NCBI GenBank assembly: GCA_963833045.1
Contig: CAWHWL010000020.1
Coordinates: forward strand, 99,191 to 163,190
Length of the DNA: 64,000 nucleotides
Source: Vulcanimicrobiota bacterium
GTDB lineage: Bacteria > Vulcanimicrobiota > Vulcanimicrobiia > Vulcanimicrobiales > Vulcanimicrobiaceae
Direction: 5' to 3'
Within the stretch, counting starts at the first letter, position 1; the number at the start of each line of letters is the position of its first letter. This document shows positions 26,745 to 36,718 of the stretch, piece by piece. A program made the translations under genes and the position numbers. The notes under the pieces are model-generated. The model was not told the DNA's origin and did not search any database. It saw only the letters and a program-made list of their open reading frames with translations.

Positions 26745-27620
26745 ATGAGCCCGGACTACATCGCGTCCCAGCTCTTCAACGGCCTGGCAAGCGGCGCGTT
26801 CTACGCGCTGCTTGCCCTAGGCCTCTCGGTGATCTTCGGCACGCTGCGCATCATCAATTTCGCACATGGGGCGATGTACATGCTCGGTGCGTTCGCAACG
26901 TACTACGGCGCGCAGCTGCTGCATTTGAATTTTTTCGCCGCGCTCATCCTCGCGCCGCTCGCCGTCGCACTGCTCGGTATGCTCTTCGAGGCGCTCTTGC
27001 TGCGCCGGTTGCAGGGCGCGGATCCCGTCTACGGTCTGCTCTTTACCTTCGCGGCGACGCTCGTGGTCGTCAACCTGGTGCGCCTGTTTGCCGGCGCGAT
27101 GGGTTCGCCGTACAACATTCCCGACGCGCTTTCCGGCGCGACGAATCTCGGATTCACGCTCTATCCGACCTATAAGTTGTTCGTGATCGTCGTATCGGTG
27201 ATCGTGTGCGGACTGATCTGGTGGTTCGTCGAACGCAGCATGACCGGCGCGCGGATACGCGCCGCAACCGAGAATCCCGTGCTGGTGCGTGCGCTCGGCA
27301 TCAACACGCGCCGCTTGGTGACGCTAACCTTCGGTTTGGGCGTTGCGGTCGCCGCGCTCGCGGGCGTGCTGGCCGCGCCGACCACCAACGTCGCGCCGTC
27401 GATGGGCGACGACATCATCATCTACACGTTTGCGATCGTCGTTATCGGCGGACTCGGCTCGATCACCGGCTCGATTCTGATGGGGTTTGCGCTGGGCGTG
27501 CTGCAGACGCTCGGCGCGGTCTACTATCCACCGATTGCGACGACGCTGATCTTCATCGTGATGGTCGCGGTGATCGCGCTACGGCCCAGCGGCCTCTTTG
27601 GAAGGACGGAGCTGAGTTGA
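26745..27620 (+). CDS. HAAT-family ABC permease, LivH-like
   Basis: Contains LRIINFAHGAMYMLGAF. Confidence 0.85.
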   Translation: MSPDYIASQLFNGLASGAFYALLALGLSVIFGTLRIINFAHGAMYMLGAFATYYGAQLLHLNFFAALILAPLAVALLGMLFEALLLRRLQGADPVYGLLFTFAATLVVVNLVRLFAGAMGSPYNIPDALSGATNLGFTLYPTYKLFVIVVSVIVCGLIWWFVERSMTGARIRAATENPVLVRALGINTRRLVTLTFGLGVAVAALAGVLAAPTTNVAPSMGDDIIIYTFAIVVIGGLGSITGSILMGFALGVLQTLGAVYYPPIATTLIFIVMVAVIALRPSGLFGRTELS

Positions 27621-28555
27621 TGGACCGGCGCCTGTGGATGCTCCTCGGGATCGTCGGCCTGGTCGCGCTCGCATTGCCCAAACTGATCTACCCGATCGTG
27701 GCCATCGACATTCTGTGCTTTGCGCTCTTTGCCGTCGCGCTCGATCTCCTCTTCGGTTTTGCCGGACTGCTCTCGTTCGGACAAGCGATGTTTTGGGGCG
27801 GCTCCGGCTACGTGGTGGCGATCCTCGTGCAGAACCTGCACCTTGACGGCGCCGTTGCGCTAGGAGCCGGGGTGGTATACGCGGCGGTCCTGGCGACGCT
27901 GGTCGGTGCCCTCGTCGTGCGGCGTAGCGGCATCTATTTCGCGATGATTACGCTTGCGATCGCGCAGATCGAATATTTCGTCGCCGTTCAACTCAAAGAT
28001 CTCACCGGCGGCGAGAACGGCCTGCCGATGGATACGCGCGGAACCTTCTTCGGCGTGCACCTCTCAAACGATACGGCGTTTTATTTTGTCACGCTCGCAA
28101 TCGTAGCGCTGTGTGTATGGGCCGTCATCCGCGTCGTGGGGTCACCCTTCGGCACGGTGCTCCGCGCGATTCGCCAGAACGAAACGCGCACGATTGCACT
28201 GGGCTATCGGGTGAACCGCTTCAAGCTCGCGACGTTCGTAATTTCGGGTGTTCTCTGCGGACTCGCCGGCGGGCTGTACGCGCTGGGCAATCGGCTCGCC
28301 GGACTCGAGATGATCGATTGGCATACCTCGGGTGCCGTCGTGATGATGGCGATCCTCGGCGGCAGCGGAACGATCGTTGGGCCGATCATCGGAGCAGGCA
28401 TCTATCAAATCATCGAATATTTCGTTTCGAAAACGGCGATTGGTCAGGAGACCGACCTCGTACTGGGGCTGGTGTTTGCCGTTTGCATACTCGCGTTTCG
28501 GCAAGGGATCGTAGGAGGAGTACTTTTAATACCATGGCGCAAGACTTCGACCTAG
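27620..28555 (+). CDS. HAAT-family ABC permease, LivM-like
   Basis: ATG at 27620 in an ATGA overlap. Contains FGFAGLLSFGQAMFWGGSGY. The upstream part of track ORF 27206..28555 was discarded. Confidence 0.8.
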   Translation: MDRRLWMLLGIVGLVALALPKLIYPIVAIDILCFALFAVALDLLFGFAGLLSFGQAMFWGGSGYVVAILVQNLHLDGAVALGAGVVYAAVLATLVGALVVRRSGIYFAMITLAIAQIEYFVAVQLKDLTGGENGLPMDTRGTFFGVHLSNDTAFYFVTLAIVALCVWAVIRVVGSPFGTVLRAIRQNETRTIALGYRVNRFKLATFVISGVLCGLAGGLYALGNRLAGLEMIDWHTSGAVVMMAILGGSGTIVGPIIGAGIYQIIEYFVSKTAIGQETDLVLGLVFAVCILAFRQGIVGGVLLIPWRKTST

Positions 28556-29370
28556 AACTGCTGCGCGGACGCCTGCGCGCGCGTCGCTTCGGGAGCGGCC
28601 CCGGCGTGCCGGCGCTCTGCATTCCCGGTCTCTCGTCCAATTCGCGCGTGTTTACCCGGCTCGGCGAGCAGTTCGCGCGCAACGGTCGTACGCTGATTGC
28701 GTTCGATTTGCGCGGCCGCGGTTGGAGCGACATCACCGAAAAGGGAACCTATGGCTGGGAGAACCATGCGCGCGACATCCTCGAAGCCGCGCAAGCTATG
28801 GGCATCGACCAGTTCGATTACGTCGGACATTCCATGGGCGCATTTATCGGAATGACGGCCACCTCGATCGATCGCGGGAAACACATCCGCCGTTTGGTCC
28901 TCATCGACGGGCTCGGCGTACCGTCGCAGACGGCGCTGAACGCAATCATCGCCGGACTTGCGCGCCTCAAAGGCACGTTCGCGACCGCCGACGAGTACAT
29001 CGCCGCCGTGCGCGACGCGGGCCTGGCAGCTCCGTGGAACGACCTGTGGGAGCAGCATTACCGCTACGATTTGATTACCGAGAACGGGAACGTGCGTCCA
29101 CGCACCGACGCAGCGGCGGTCGGCGAAGACGTCGTCTACGGCTCGACGCAAGATCCGCGCGCGGTCTGGCCGCTGCTCACGATTCCCACGCTCCTGTTGC
29201 GGGCGACCGTGCCGCTGGGCGGCCCCGACGGTTTCGTCGTGACGCAAGCGGACTATGACGAATTCCTCGCGGCGGTGCCCAGCGCCACGGGCCTCGAGAT
29301 TCCGGCGAATCATTTCGGCATCATGGCCGCGCAGGAAACGCTGGACGGCATCGAACGATTCCTACAATGA
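28534..29370 (+). CDS. Alpha/beta hydrolase
   Basis: Nucleophile elbow GHSMGAF. ATG at 28534 overlaps the livM end. Paralogous to the next gene. Confidence 0.75.
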   Translation: MAQDFDLELLRGRLRARRFGSGPGVPALCIPGLSSNSRVFTRLGEQFARNGRTLIAFDLRGRGWSDITEKGTYGWENHARDILEAAQAMGIDQFDYVGHSMGAFIGMTATSIDRGKHIRRLVLIDGLGVPSQTALNAIIAGLARLKGTFATADEYIAAVRDAGLAAPWNDLWEQHYRYDLITENGNVRPRTDAAAVGEDVVYGSTQDPRAVWPLLTIPTLLLRATVPLGGPDGFVVTQADYDEFLAAVPSATGLEIPANHFGIMAAQETLDGIERFLQ

Positions 29371-30209
29371 CCATGGCCGAGGGTTTCTATCTTCCGCTAT
29401 CATCCGGACGCATCCGCGTGGAACGCTTTGGACCGCCGTCGGCACGGCCGGTCATCTGCGTGCACGGCATCTCGTCGAACGCGCGCGTCTTCACACCGAT
29501 TCGGGATACGCTTGTGGCGAAGGGCCGTCAAGTCATCGCGCCCGACTTGCGTGGCCGCGGCCTTAGCGAAAAGAGCGAGGCCGGCACGTACGGATGGTTG
29601 CGCCACGCCCGCGACATCTTCGAGATCGCAGAACGTTTGAAGCTGACCGAGTTCGATCTGGTCGGTCATTCGATGGGCGCTTTCGTCGGCATGAACGCCG
29701 TCGCGATCGACCAACGCAAGCAAATCGGCAAGATCGTGCTTATCGACGGGCTCGGCCTTCCCAGCGCCGGCGCCGCCGCCGCGCTCGCGCGAAACGCAAC
29801 GCGTTTGAACTGGATCTACCGCAACGCGGACGACTACGTGACGGCCGTGCGAAGTTTGGGGCTGGCTTCGCCCTGGACCGATCATTGGGAACGGCACTAT
29901 CGCTACGAGGTCGAACCGACCGAGCGCGGCGTGCGCGCGCGCACGAAACTCGGTGCGGTTCTCGAGGATGCGGCCTACGCCGCGACGCATTCGCCGAGCA
30001 CCCTGTGGGGATCGCTTTGCATTCCCGTCCTGCTCTTGCGCGCGGCGCGTCCCCTCGCTGCTCCCAACGGATTTGTCGTCACGCGACACGACCTCTCCGC
30101 CTTTTTGCGCTCGACACCTGCGGCGATCGTACAAGAAATCGACGCCAATCACTTTGGAATCGTCATGCACGACGACGCACTCTCCGCGATCAGAGGGTTC
30201 TTATGCTAA
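29367..30209 (+). CDS. Alpha/beta hydrolase, tandem paralog
   Basis: GHSMGAFVGM. Collinear similarity to 28534..29370 (RFG.....P..CIHG/PGLSSN.RVFT...DLRGRG.S......GTYGW..HARDI). Confidence 0.8.
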   Translation: MTMAEGFYLPLSSGRIRVERFGPPSARPVICVHGISSNARVFTPIRDTLVAKGRQVIAPDLRGRGLSEKSEAGTYGWLRHARDIFEIAERLKLTEFDLVGHSMGAFVGMNAVAIDQRKQIGKIVLIDGLGLPSAGAAAALARNATRLNWIYRNADDYVTAVRSLGLASPWTDHWERHYRYEVEPTERGVRARTKLGAVLEDAAYAATHSPSTLWGSLCIPVLLLRAARPLAAPNGFVVTRHDLSAFLRSTPAAIVQEIDANHFGIVMHDDALSAIRGFLC

Positions 30210-31828
30210 GCACGATGCCGGATCGGCCACTCTCGATCCATGCGATCCTCGAACACGCCGCGCGCGCGCACCCGCATAAGGGCATCGTCTCGCGCGACGG
30301 GCCGGACATGGTTCGCCTCAACTACGCAGCCTTTGCCAAGCGCGTGTCCAAACTCGCGCATGCGCTCGGCGAACTCGGCGTGCGGCCCGGCGACCGCGTC
30401 GCGTCGTTTGCCTGGAACGGGCACCGCCACATGGAGTTGTATTACGCGGTGCCGATGATCGGCGCCGTGCTGCACACGGTAAACATTCGGCTCTTCCCCG
30501 ATCAAGTCGCGTTCATTTTGGACCACGCCGACGATCGCGTCGTCTTTTTCGACGCTTCGCTGACCAAAGCGGTTCAAGCGGCTCGCGCGCTCCAGCCGCA
30601 GGTGCAGCGAGTCTTCGTCGCAATGGGCGCGCTAACCGAACCGTTCGAAGGCGCGCTCGACTATGAGACGCTCGTCGCAGCGAAACCCGAGCATTACGAT
30701 TGGCCGCAGGTTGATGAGCGCTCGGCTGCGCTGTTGTGTTACACCTCGGCAACCACCGGCGATCCCAAGGGCGTGCTCTTCTCGCATCGTTCGACCTACC
30801 TGCACGCACTGGCCAGCGCTCTGCCCGATTTTTTGGGAGCGCGCGAACGCGATCGCATACTGCCGATCGTGCCGATGTTCCACGTCAACGCGTGGGGATT
30901 TCCATTCATCGCTCCGATGGTCGGCGCCGATCTGATCATGCCGATGGATCGTCTCGACGCGCCGGGCGTGATCGAACTGTGCAAGAGCGAACACGTGACG
31001 CTCTCCGCCGGCGTTCCAACGGTGTGGTTGGCCGTGCGCGATCTGCTGGTCGCCAACAACGATCGCCTGCCCGACCTCAAACGGGTCGTCATCGGCGGCT
31101 CCGCGATGCCGCGCTCGCTCTACGATTCCCTCGAACAGCTCGGTATCGAAGGCGTCCATGCTTGGGGAATGACCGAGATGTCGCCGATCGGCACGGTCAA
31201 CGCGCCCGCGTCGGAGCTCGCACGCGACCCAAAGCGTCAGCACGAAGAACGCTACAAAGCCGGCCGCTTTGCGCCGATCGTCCAATGGCGATTGGTCGAC
31301 GAGCATGGTAACGACGTGCCCGCCGACGGCGTTTCACGCGGCGAGCTGTTGGTACGCGGCTACGCAGTTACGACGAAGTATTACAACAACGACAGCGCGA
31401 CCGCTTCGGCGTTTACGCCCGACGGCTGGTTCCACACCGGCGACGTCTGCACGGTCGACGAATACGGCTATCTCGACATCGTCGATCGCACCAAGGATTT
31501 CATCAAGTCGGGTGGCGAGTGGATCTCCTCGGTCGAGGTGGAGAACACGATCATGGGTCACGCAGCGGTGCGCGAAGCGTGCGTGTTCGGCCTTGCGCAT
31601 CCCAAATGGCAGGAACGCCCAGTCGCGGCCGTCGTGCTGCGCGAGGGTCATCAGCTCGACGAAGACGCTCTGCGCGCGTGGCTCACGCAGCATCTCGCAA
31701 ACTGGCAAATCCCGGACCGCGTGATCTTCGTCGAAGCGATACCTCGCACCGGCGTTGGAAAGTTTCTCAAGCGTGAACTGCGCGCGCAATATGCCGGGCT
31801 GCTCACCGCGCAAGCGCAGAAAGCATGA
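30203..31828 (+). CDS. Fatty-acid--CoA ligase (AMP-dependent synthetase)
   Basis: AMP-binding motif CYTSATTGDPKGVLFSHRS, plus GWFHTGD and GKFLKRELR. ATG at 30203 overlaps the upstream stop. Confidence 0.85.
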   Translation: MLSTMPDRPLSIHAILEHAARAHPHKGIVSRDGPDMVRLNYAAFAKRVSKLAHALGELGVRPGDRVASFAWNGHRHMELYYAVPMIGAVLHTVNIRLFPDQVAFILDHADDRVVFFDASLTKAVQAARALQPQVQRVFVAMGALTEPFEGALDYETLVAAKPEHYDWPQVDERSAALLCYTSATTGDPKGVLFSHRSTYLHALASALPDFLGARERDRILPIVPMFHVNAWGFPFIAPMVGADLIMPMDRLDAPGVIELCKSEHVTLSAGVPTVWLAVRDLLVANNDRLPDLKRVVIGGSAMPRSLYDSLEQLGIEGVHAWGMTEMSPIGTVNAPASELARDPKRQHEERYKAGRFAPIVQWRLVDEHGNDVPADGVSRGELLVRGYAVTTKYYNNDSATASAFTPDGWFHTGDVCTVDEYGYLDIVDRTKDFIKSGGEWISSVEVENTIMGHAAVREACVFGLAHPKWQERPVAAVVLREGHQLDEDALRAWLTQHLANWQIPDRVIFVEAIPRTGVGKFLKRELRAQYAGLLTAQAQKA

Positions 31829-32283
31829 AGACCGCGATAACATCCCTCGCGCAGGTCGAAGCGATGCGCGGAACCCGCATCCAAAGCGACTGGTTGACGG
31901 TCACGCAAGACGAAATCGAGCAATTCGCCGACGTTACGCGCGATCGCCAGTGGATTCACGTCGATCGCGTACGCGCCGCCGCCGAATCTCCGTACGGAAC
32001 GACGGTTGCCCACGGTTTTTTTACGCTGAGCCTGCTTCCCACGCTGATCTCGCAGAGCCTCACCTTTGGGTTTGCGATGGTGCTCAACTACGGATTCGAT
32101 CGGATCCGTTTTATCGGACCCGTTCCGTCGGGCGCGCGCATCCGCGGCGTCTTCACCCTCGAGGACGTGCAACCGGCCGGCGCGGAAGCGGCGACGCTCA
32201 CCTGGCATGCCGAGGTCGAAGTCGAAGGGGCCGGCCGGCCCGCTCTCGCCGCAACTTGGCTACAGCGCGCGTATTTCGCCTAG
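31825..32283 (+). CDS. MaoC-like (R)-specific enoyl-CoA hydratase / dehydratase
   Basis: FADVTRDRQWIHVD...PYGTTVAHGFFTLSLL hot-dog hydratase motif. ATGA overlap with the upstream gene. Confidence 0.85.
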   Translation: MKTAITSLAQVEAMRGTRIQSDWLTVTQDEIEQFADVTRDRQWIHVDRVRAAAESPYGTTVAHGFFTLSLLPTLISQSLTFGFAMVLNYGFDRIRFIGPVPSGARIRGVFTLEDVQPAGAEAATLTWHAEVEVEGAGRPALAATWLQRAYFA

Positions 32284-32295
32284 CCCGTAGACGTC

Positions 32296-33300
32296 GTGAG
32301 TATGAATCGGCCGGCCGACACCTCGATCACGCAGATCTTGCCGCTGAGTGTCGACCCGGGCCTGCGGCGCAGCTTCCGTTTTGGGTTGCTGCTCGAAGTG
32401 CTCGACCGGCTCGCCGAACAGACCGCGCTTGCTTACGTCGGGACGAATAGCGGTGTGAGTTTTGTAACCGCGGCGATCGATCAGATCCGCTTACGCGGAG
32501 CGCTGGACACCACCCGCGACTTGACCATGCTCTCGCGCGTCAACTACGTGGGTACGAGTTCGCTCGAAGTCGGCGTCCGGGTCGAGCAGCCCAATGACAC
32601 GCACTTCGGTTCGTGCTATTTCACGATGGTCGCACAGCCGCGCGGGAGGGAACTGCTGCCGCTCCACTATCACGATGAGATCGACCGTCGCCGCAAGGCC
32701 GAAGCCATCCAACGCCGCGCGGCGTCCCCCGGCGCCGGCGAGGCGATCGCGCCGCCCACGCGTGAGGAGCAGGCGCTGCTCGCCGAATTGCACATGGCGC
32801 TGGAAGGGCGTGGCTTTGACGGGCGATTGGTTTGCGATTTGGTGTCGCGCGGCTACGAACGGCCCGATCTCGAACACGAGCGGGCTCCGGCAAGAATCTC
32901 GGGCGGTTTCGTGACCCATCGCGCCTATCTGCACGCGGCAACGTGCGCGGAGCTCATCGCGCCGGATAAGCCGCTTCTCGTGTCAGTCAATCGAATCAAC
33001 TTCTTGCAACCGGTACGCGCCGGTGACACGCTGCATTTCACTTCGCGCGTTACCTATACGGGCGCGACGTCGATCTGCGTCGAGGTCGACATCGTGCGTG
33101 AAAGTAGCGACCATAGCACCGCGGCGTTGTGCAACACCTGCACGTTTACGTTTCGCAACGTCGACGCGGCGCTTGGCGGCCGCCCGGTTCCGAGCGTGTA
33201 TCCGACGACCTATGCCGAAGATCTACGCTATCTTGCCGCTTACCGGCGGCGGGCTATTGCACGAAATGAACATCCGTTGGCGCCTGCGGCGGGGTCTTGA
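32296..33300 (+). CDS. Acyl-CoA thioesterase, double hot-dog
   Basis: Two hot-dog-like halves (VNYVGTSSLEVGVRVEQ and VTYTGATSICVEVDIV). The start (GTG 32296 or ATG 32302) is uncertain. Confidence 0.7.
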   Translation: MSMNRPADTSITQILPLSVDPGLRRSFRFGLLLEVLDRLAEQTALAYVGTNSGVSFVTAAIDQIRLRGALDTTRDLTMLSRVNYVGTSSLEVGVRVEQPNDTHFGSCYFTMVAQPRGRELLPLHYHDEIDRRRKAEAIQRRAASPGAGEAIAPPTREEQALLAELHMALEGRGFDGRLVCDLVSRGYERPDLEHERAPARISGGFVTHRAYLHAATCAELIAPDKPLLVSVNRINFLQPVRAGDTLHFTSRVTYTGATSICVEVDIVRESSDHSTAALCNTCTFTFRNVDAALGGRPVPSVYPTTYAEDLRYLAAYRRRAIARNEHPLAPAAGS

Positions 33301-34075
33301 TCGAGATAAACCGCAACGGCATCGACGACGTCTGAACCAAACCGGCATGGTTGGAGCCCATCGGGATGACGATCATCATCCCAGGTCGCAGCGGGACCTG
33401 CTCGTTGCCGAGCCATTCGGTTCCCGTGCCATCGAGGACGACTTGGATTTCATTCGCATCGGCGTGGAAGTGCTTGAACGCGGTCCCGGTTTGAAGCGCG
33501 AGCGTCATGCCGTCGGTGACAACCAGCGTCTTTGAACGCAGGTTTGGAAAGGTCGCCGATGGCGCGGGCATAGAGTCCGCCGTGATTGCCAGCAAATCGA
33601 TCGCGGCCGGCTGCAGCTTTAACGTTGACGCCGGTGTAACTTGCGAACCCGATAAGAGATGGATGTCGGTCGGTGCCTGCGGCGGTGTCTTGAACGCCAC
33701 CAAGCGCAACTTTCCGTCCGACGTATCGACGATGCCGGCGTGCGCGGTATCGCTCGGGATAACGATCAACATACCGGGGCGCAGCGGTACCTGACGATCG
33801 CCGAGCCACTCGGTGCCGCTCCCGCCGACGACCAATTGAATCTCGCTCGAGTCGGCATGATAGTGTTTGGGCGCACTGCCGATGGAGAGCGCGGCGGTCA
33901 TGCCGTCGGTTGCTACCAGCAATTTCTGGTGCAGGTTGGGAAAGGCAGGCGACGTCGGCATCGCATCCGGCGTGATGGTCATGAGATCGATGGCCGCGGG
34001 CGCAAGCGGCGCGGCAGCGCCGATCGCAAGCACGACCGCCGCGACACCGATGAGACGTAGAGGGTGAATCATCAT
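33254..34075 (-). CDS. Secreted bicupin protein
   Basis: Signal peptide, then two ~125-aa repeats each with a cupin motif (KHYHADSSEIQLVVGGSG...PSDTAH and KHFHADANEIQVVLDGTG...PMGSNH). Confidence 0.7.
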   Translation of the reverse strand: MMIHPLRLIGVAAVVLAIGAAAPLAPAAIDLMTITPDAMPTSPAFPNLHQKLLVATDGMTAALSIGSAPKHYHADSSEIQLVVGGSGTEWLGDRQVPLRPGMLIVIPSDTAHAGIVDTSDGKLRLVAFKTPPQAPTDIHLLSGSQVTPASTLKLQPAAIDLLAITADSMPAPSATFPNLRSKTLVVTDGMTLALQTGTAFKHFHADANEIQVVLDGTGTEWLGNEQVPLRPGMMIVIPMGSNHAGLVQTSSMPLRFISIKTPPQAPTDVHFVQ

Positions 34076-34177
34076 TGCATAAGCTCCTGTAAGCGAACTA
34101 TCAGCCGCTCGCCTCGAGAATCCTCTGCAACGCGCCGCTCGGTCGCTATTTGCTGCGATTACGGGTACAAAATCGAC

Positions 34178-34741
34178 ATGAATACGCTCGCAAAAATCTT
34201 CTTCGGCACGGCGCTTGCCGTCGGAGTGATCTTATGGAGTGCCGCCGCCGGCGCGTCGCCCGCGGCGAGTGGCGCGAATCTCAGCCTTGCTTCGTCGCTG
34301 ATCGCCAGCGGCGGTGGCCCCGGTAGCTATTCGACCGTGCGCGCGTTCAACGCGATGATCGGCCCGAATGCCGTGCTTGCGGATCAGCAGCAACTCGCGA
34401 CGGCGTTCGGTCAAACCAATGCCGATCACTTCGTGCACATGTTCGACTACGCTATTGCCGACGCATGGCAACTTGCCGGAAAAGATAACGTGTCCATTCC
34501 TCCGCCCGCGCAAGCCGGCGGTCAGGCGCTGGCAACCCAACTGGTGCAAGCCGGTGTAACGGGCGGCGGAATTACGTTCGACAATGACACCTTCTTCACC
34601 CAACTCTTCGGCGCGAAGATCGGCGGCCAAGTGCAAGCCGATATCAATGCGAAATACGGCGCCGGCGCGTGGACGAACTTCAGCCGCATGTCGGATCAGT
34701 TCTTCCATAACATCGGCCAGACGGTCGGAATGAACGTTTAA
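34178..34741 (+). CDS. Secreted hypothetical protein
   Basis: Signal peptide MNTLAKIFFGTALAVGVILWSAAAGASPA. No recognised family. ORF trimmed to the ATG at 34178. Confidence 0.5.
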   Translation: MNTLAKIFFGTALAVGVILWSAAAGASPAASGANLSLASSLIASGGGPGSYSTVRAFNAMIGPNAVLADQQQLATAFGQTNADHFVHMFDYAIADAWQLAGKDNVSIPPPAQAGGQALATQLVQAGVTGGGITFDNDTFFTQLFGAKIGGQVQADINAKYGAGAWTNFSRMSDQFFHNIGQTVGMNV

Positions 34742-34764
34742 CTCCCCATGAAGCACGGGAGCGC

Positions 34765-36657
34765 GTGCGCCGCCCGGCGAAGGGCGCGCGCATGCGCCGC
34801 GTGCAGGTTCCCGGTCCTCTGGCACTTGCCGCTCTTGGCGTGGTGTTTGGCGACATCGGCACCAGTCCACTCTACACGCTGACCACCTGTTTCACGACAG
34901 CGAACGCCGCGCCGACACTCGAAAATACGCTCGGCATCATCTCGCTGCTCGCGTGGGCGCTAATCGTCGTCGTCTGCATTAAATACGTGACGGTGCTCAT
35001 GCGAGTCGATCACGAAGGCGAGGGTGGCATCCTCGCCTTGCTCGCACTCGCGTCGCCTCCACGGCTCCTTGGAAAAATCCACGGCACGCGTTGGCTGATT
35101 CCCATCGTCGTCGTCGGCGCCGCGATGCTCATCGGCGACGGCATGATCACGCCGGCGATCTCGGTGATTTCGGCGGTGGAGGGATTGAACGTCGCGACCA
35201 GCGCTGCGCAGCCGTTCATCGTCCCGATCTCGGCCGGGGTACTCCTCGCGCTGTTTCTCATTCAGTATCGCGGAACACAGAGCGTCGGCTCGGTCTTCGG
35301 GCCCGTGATGCTGTTGTGGTTCATCGCGATTGCCTGGGCCGGCGCAGTCGCGATCGCTGCGCACCCGGCTATTATCGCGGCGATCAATCCGCTTCACGGG
35401 ATTGCCTTTATCTTGCATCACGGCGTCTATGGCTTCTTGATTTTCGGCGGCGTGATTCTGGTTCTCACCGGCGCCGAAGCGCTTTACGCCGACCTTTCGC
35501 ACTTCGGCCGCATACCCATCACGTGGGCTTGGTACACGGTCGTCTTTCCCGCGCTGCTGCTGAACTATTTCGGTCAGGGTGCGATTGTGTTGGGCAATCC
35601 CCAAGCGCTCGATTCGCCGTTTTATGCGCTGACCACGGGCTGGACGCTGATGCCCATGGTCTTTCTCGCGACGCTCGCAACGGTGATCGCTTCGCAAGCG
35701 CTGATTTCCGGCGCATTTACCCTGACCGAACAGGCCATCGCGATGAACCTGTGCCCGCGCATGAAAGTCGTTCATACCTCGCAGGCGCAGCGCGGCCAAG
35801 TCTACATTCCGTTCGTCAATGTCCTGCTTGCGGTCGTGTGTTTGATCTTGGTGTTTACCTTCCGCAGCAGCGCGCATCTAGCGGCGGCCTACGGTCTTGC
35901 CGTCGCGTGCACGATGCTCGCGACGTCGCTCGCCTTTTTCGTCGTCGCCACCACGGTGTTCAAATGGCGCAAGCGCTACGTCATTCCCGGCATAAGCCTC
36001 TTCGTGCTCATCGATACGATCTTCGTCACCTCGGGCTTGCCCAAGTTCTTGGACGGCGCGTGGGTACCGCTTGCGGTCAGCGCGGTCATCGCCTTCGTCT
36101 CGCTTACGTGGCTCAAAGGACGGCGGACGCTCGCGCGGGCGCTCGCCGCGGACCAGCAGCCGGTCGCCGAATTCATCGCGCAGCTGCACCCGCCGTCCGG
36201 CGCAACCATCGGACAAACCGTGATGCTGACCAACGATCCCAGCGGCATACCGTTCGTGCACACCCACCCGTGGCTTCCGCACTTTCTCAACGACAGGAAG
36301 ATCGTGCTGCTGACGCTCGATCCCGCGTCGCGGCCCTACGTCGAACAGGCACGGCGCGTAACGATCGAGCAGCTTGCGCCGACGCTGTTCGTGCTTCGAG
36401 CGAGTTTTGGCTACATGGAAGACCTGTCGATCAAATACGTTCTGCGCGCGTGCAACAAACTCGACTTCAAGCTCGACGACGAACACACGACATTCTTCTT
36501 CTCCGCCCCGGCGATCACCGGACGTGCAAAGGACGGCATGCACCAAAGTCAGCGCGTGCTCTTTGCGTGGCTCTCGCGCGTCTCGCGTTCGCTCGTCGAC
36601 GATCTCGAAATCCCGCCGGATCGGCGCGTCGGCATCGGCGTGGAAGTAGAGATTTAG
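34765..36657 (+). CDS. kup: KUP/HAK/KT potassium transporter
   Basis: LGVVFGDIGTSPLYTL hallmark, 12 TM segments and a C-terminal cytoplasmic domain. Start is GTG 34765 or ATG 34792. Confidence 0.9.
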   Translation: MRRPAKGARMRRVQVPGPLALAALGVVFGDIGTSPLYTLTTCFTTANAAPTLENTLGIISLLAWALIVVVCIKYVTVLMRVDHEGEGGILALLALASPPRLLGKIHGTRWLIPIVVVGAAMLIGDGMITPAISVISAVEGLNVATSAAQPFIVPISAGVLLALFLIQYRGTQSVGSVFGPVMLLWFIAIAWAGAVAIAAHPAIIAAINPLHGIAFILHHGVYGFLIFGGVILVLTGAEALYADLSHFGRIPITWAWYTVVFPALLLNYFGQGAIVLGNPQALDSPFYALTTGWTLMPMVFLATLATVIASQALISGAFTLTEQAIAMNLCPRMKVVHTSQAQRGQVYIPFVNVLLAVVCLILVFTFRSSAHLAAAYGLAVACTMLATSLAFFVVATTVFKWRKRYVIPGISLFVLIDTIFVTSGLPKFLDGAWVPLAVSAVIAFVSLTWLKGRRTLARALAADQQPVAEFIAQLHPPSGATIGQTVMLTNDPSGIPFVHTHPWLPHFLNDRKIVLLTLDPASRPYVEQARRVTIEQLAPTLFVLRASFGYMEDLSIKYVLRACNKLDFKLDDEHTTFFFSAPAITGRAKDGMHQSQRVLFAWLSRVSRSLVDDLEIPPDRRVGIGVEVEI

Positions 36658-36718
36658 CCGGGGGATTCTCGATCTAGGCACGAATCGTAGCCTTCCCCTG
36701 CACGGATTGGAGGAACAC

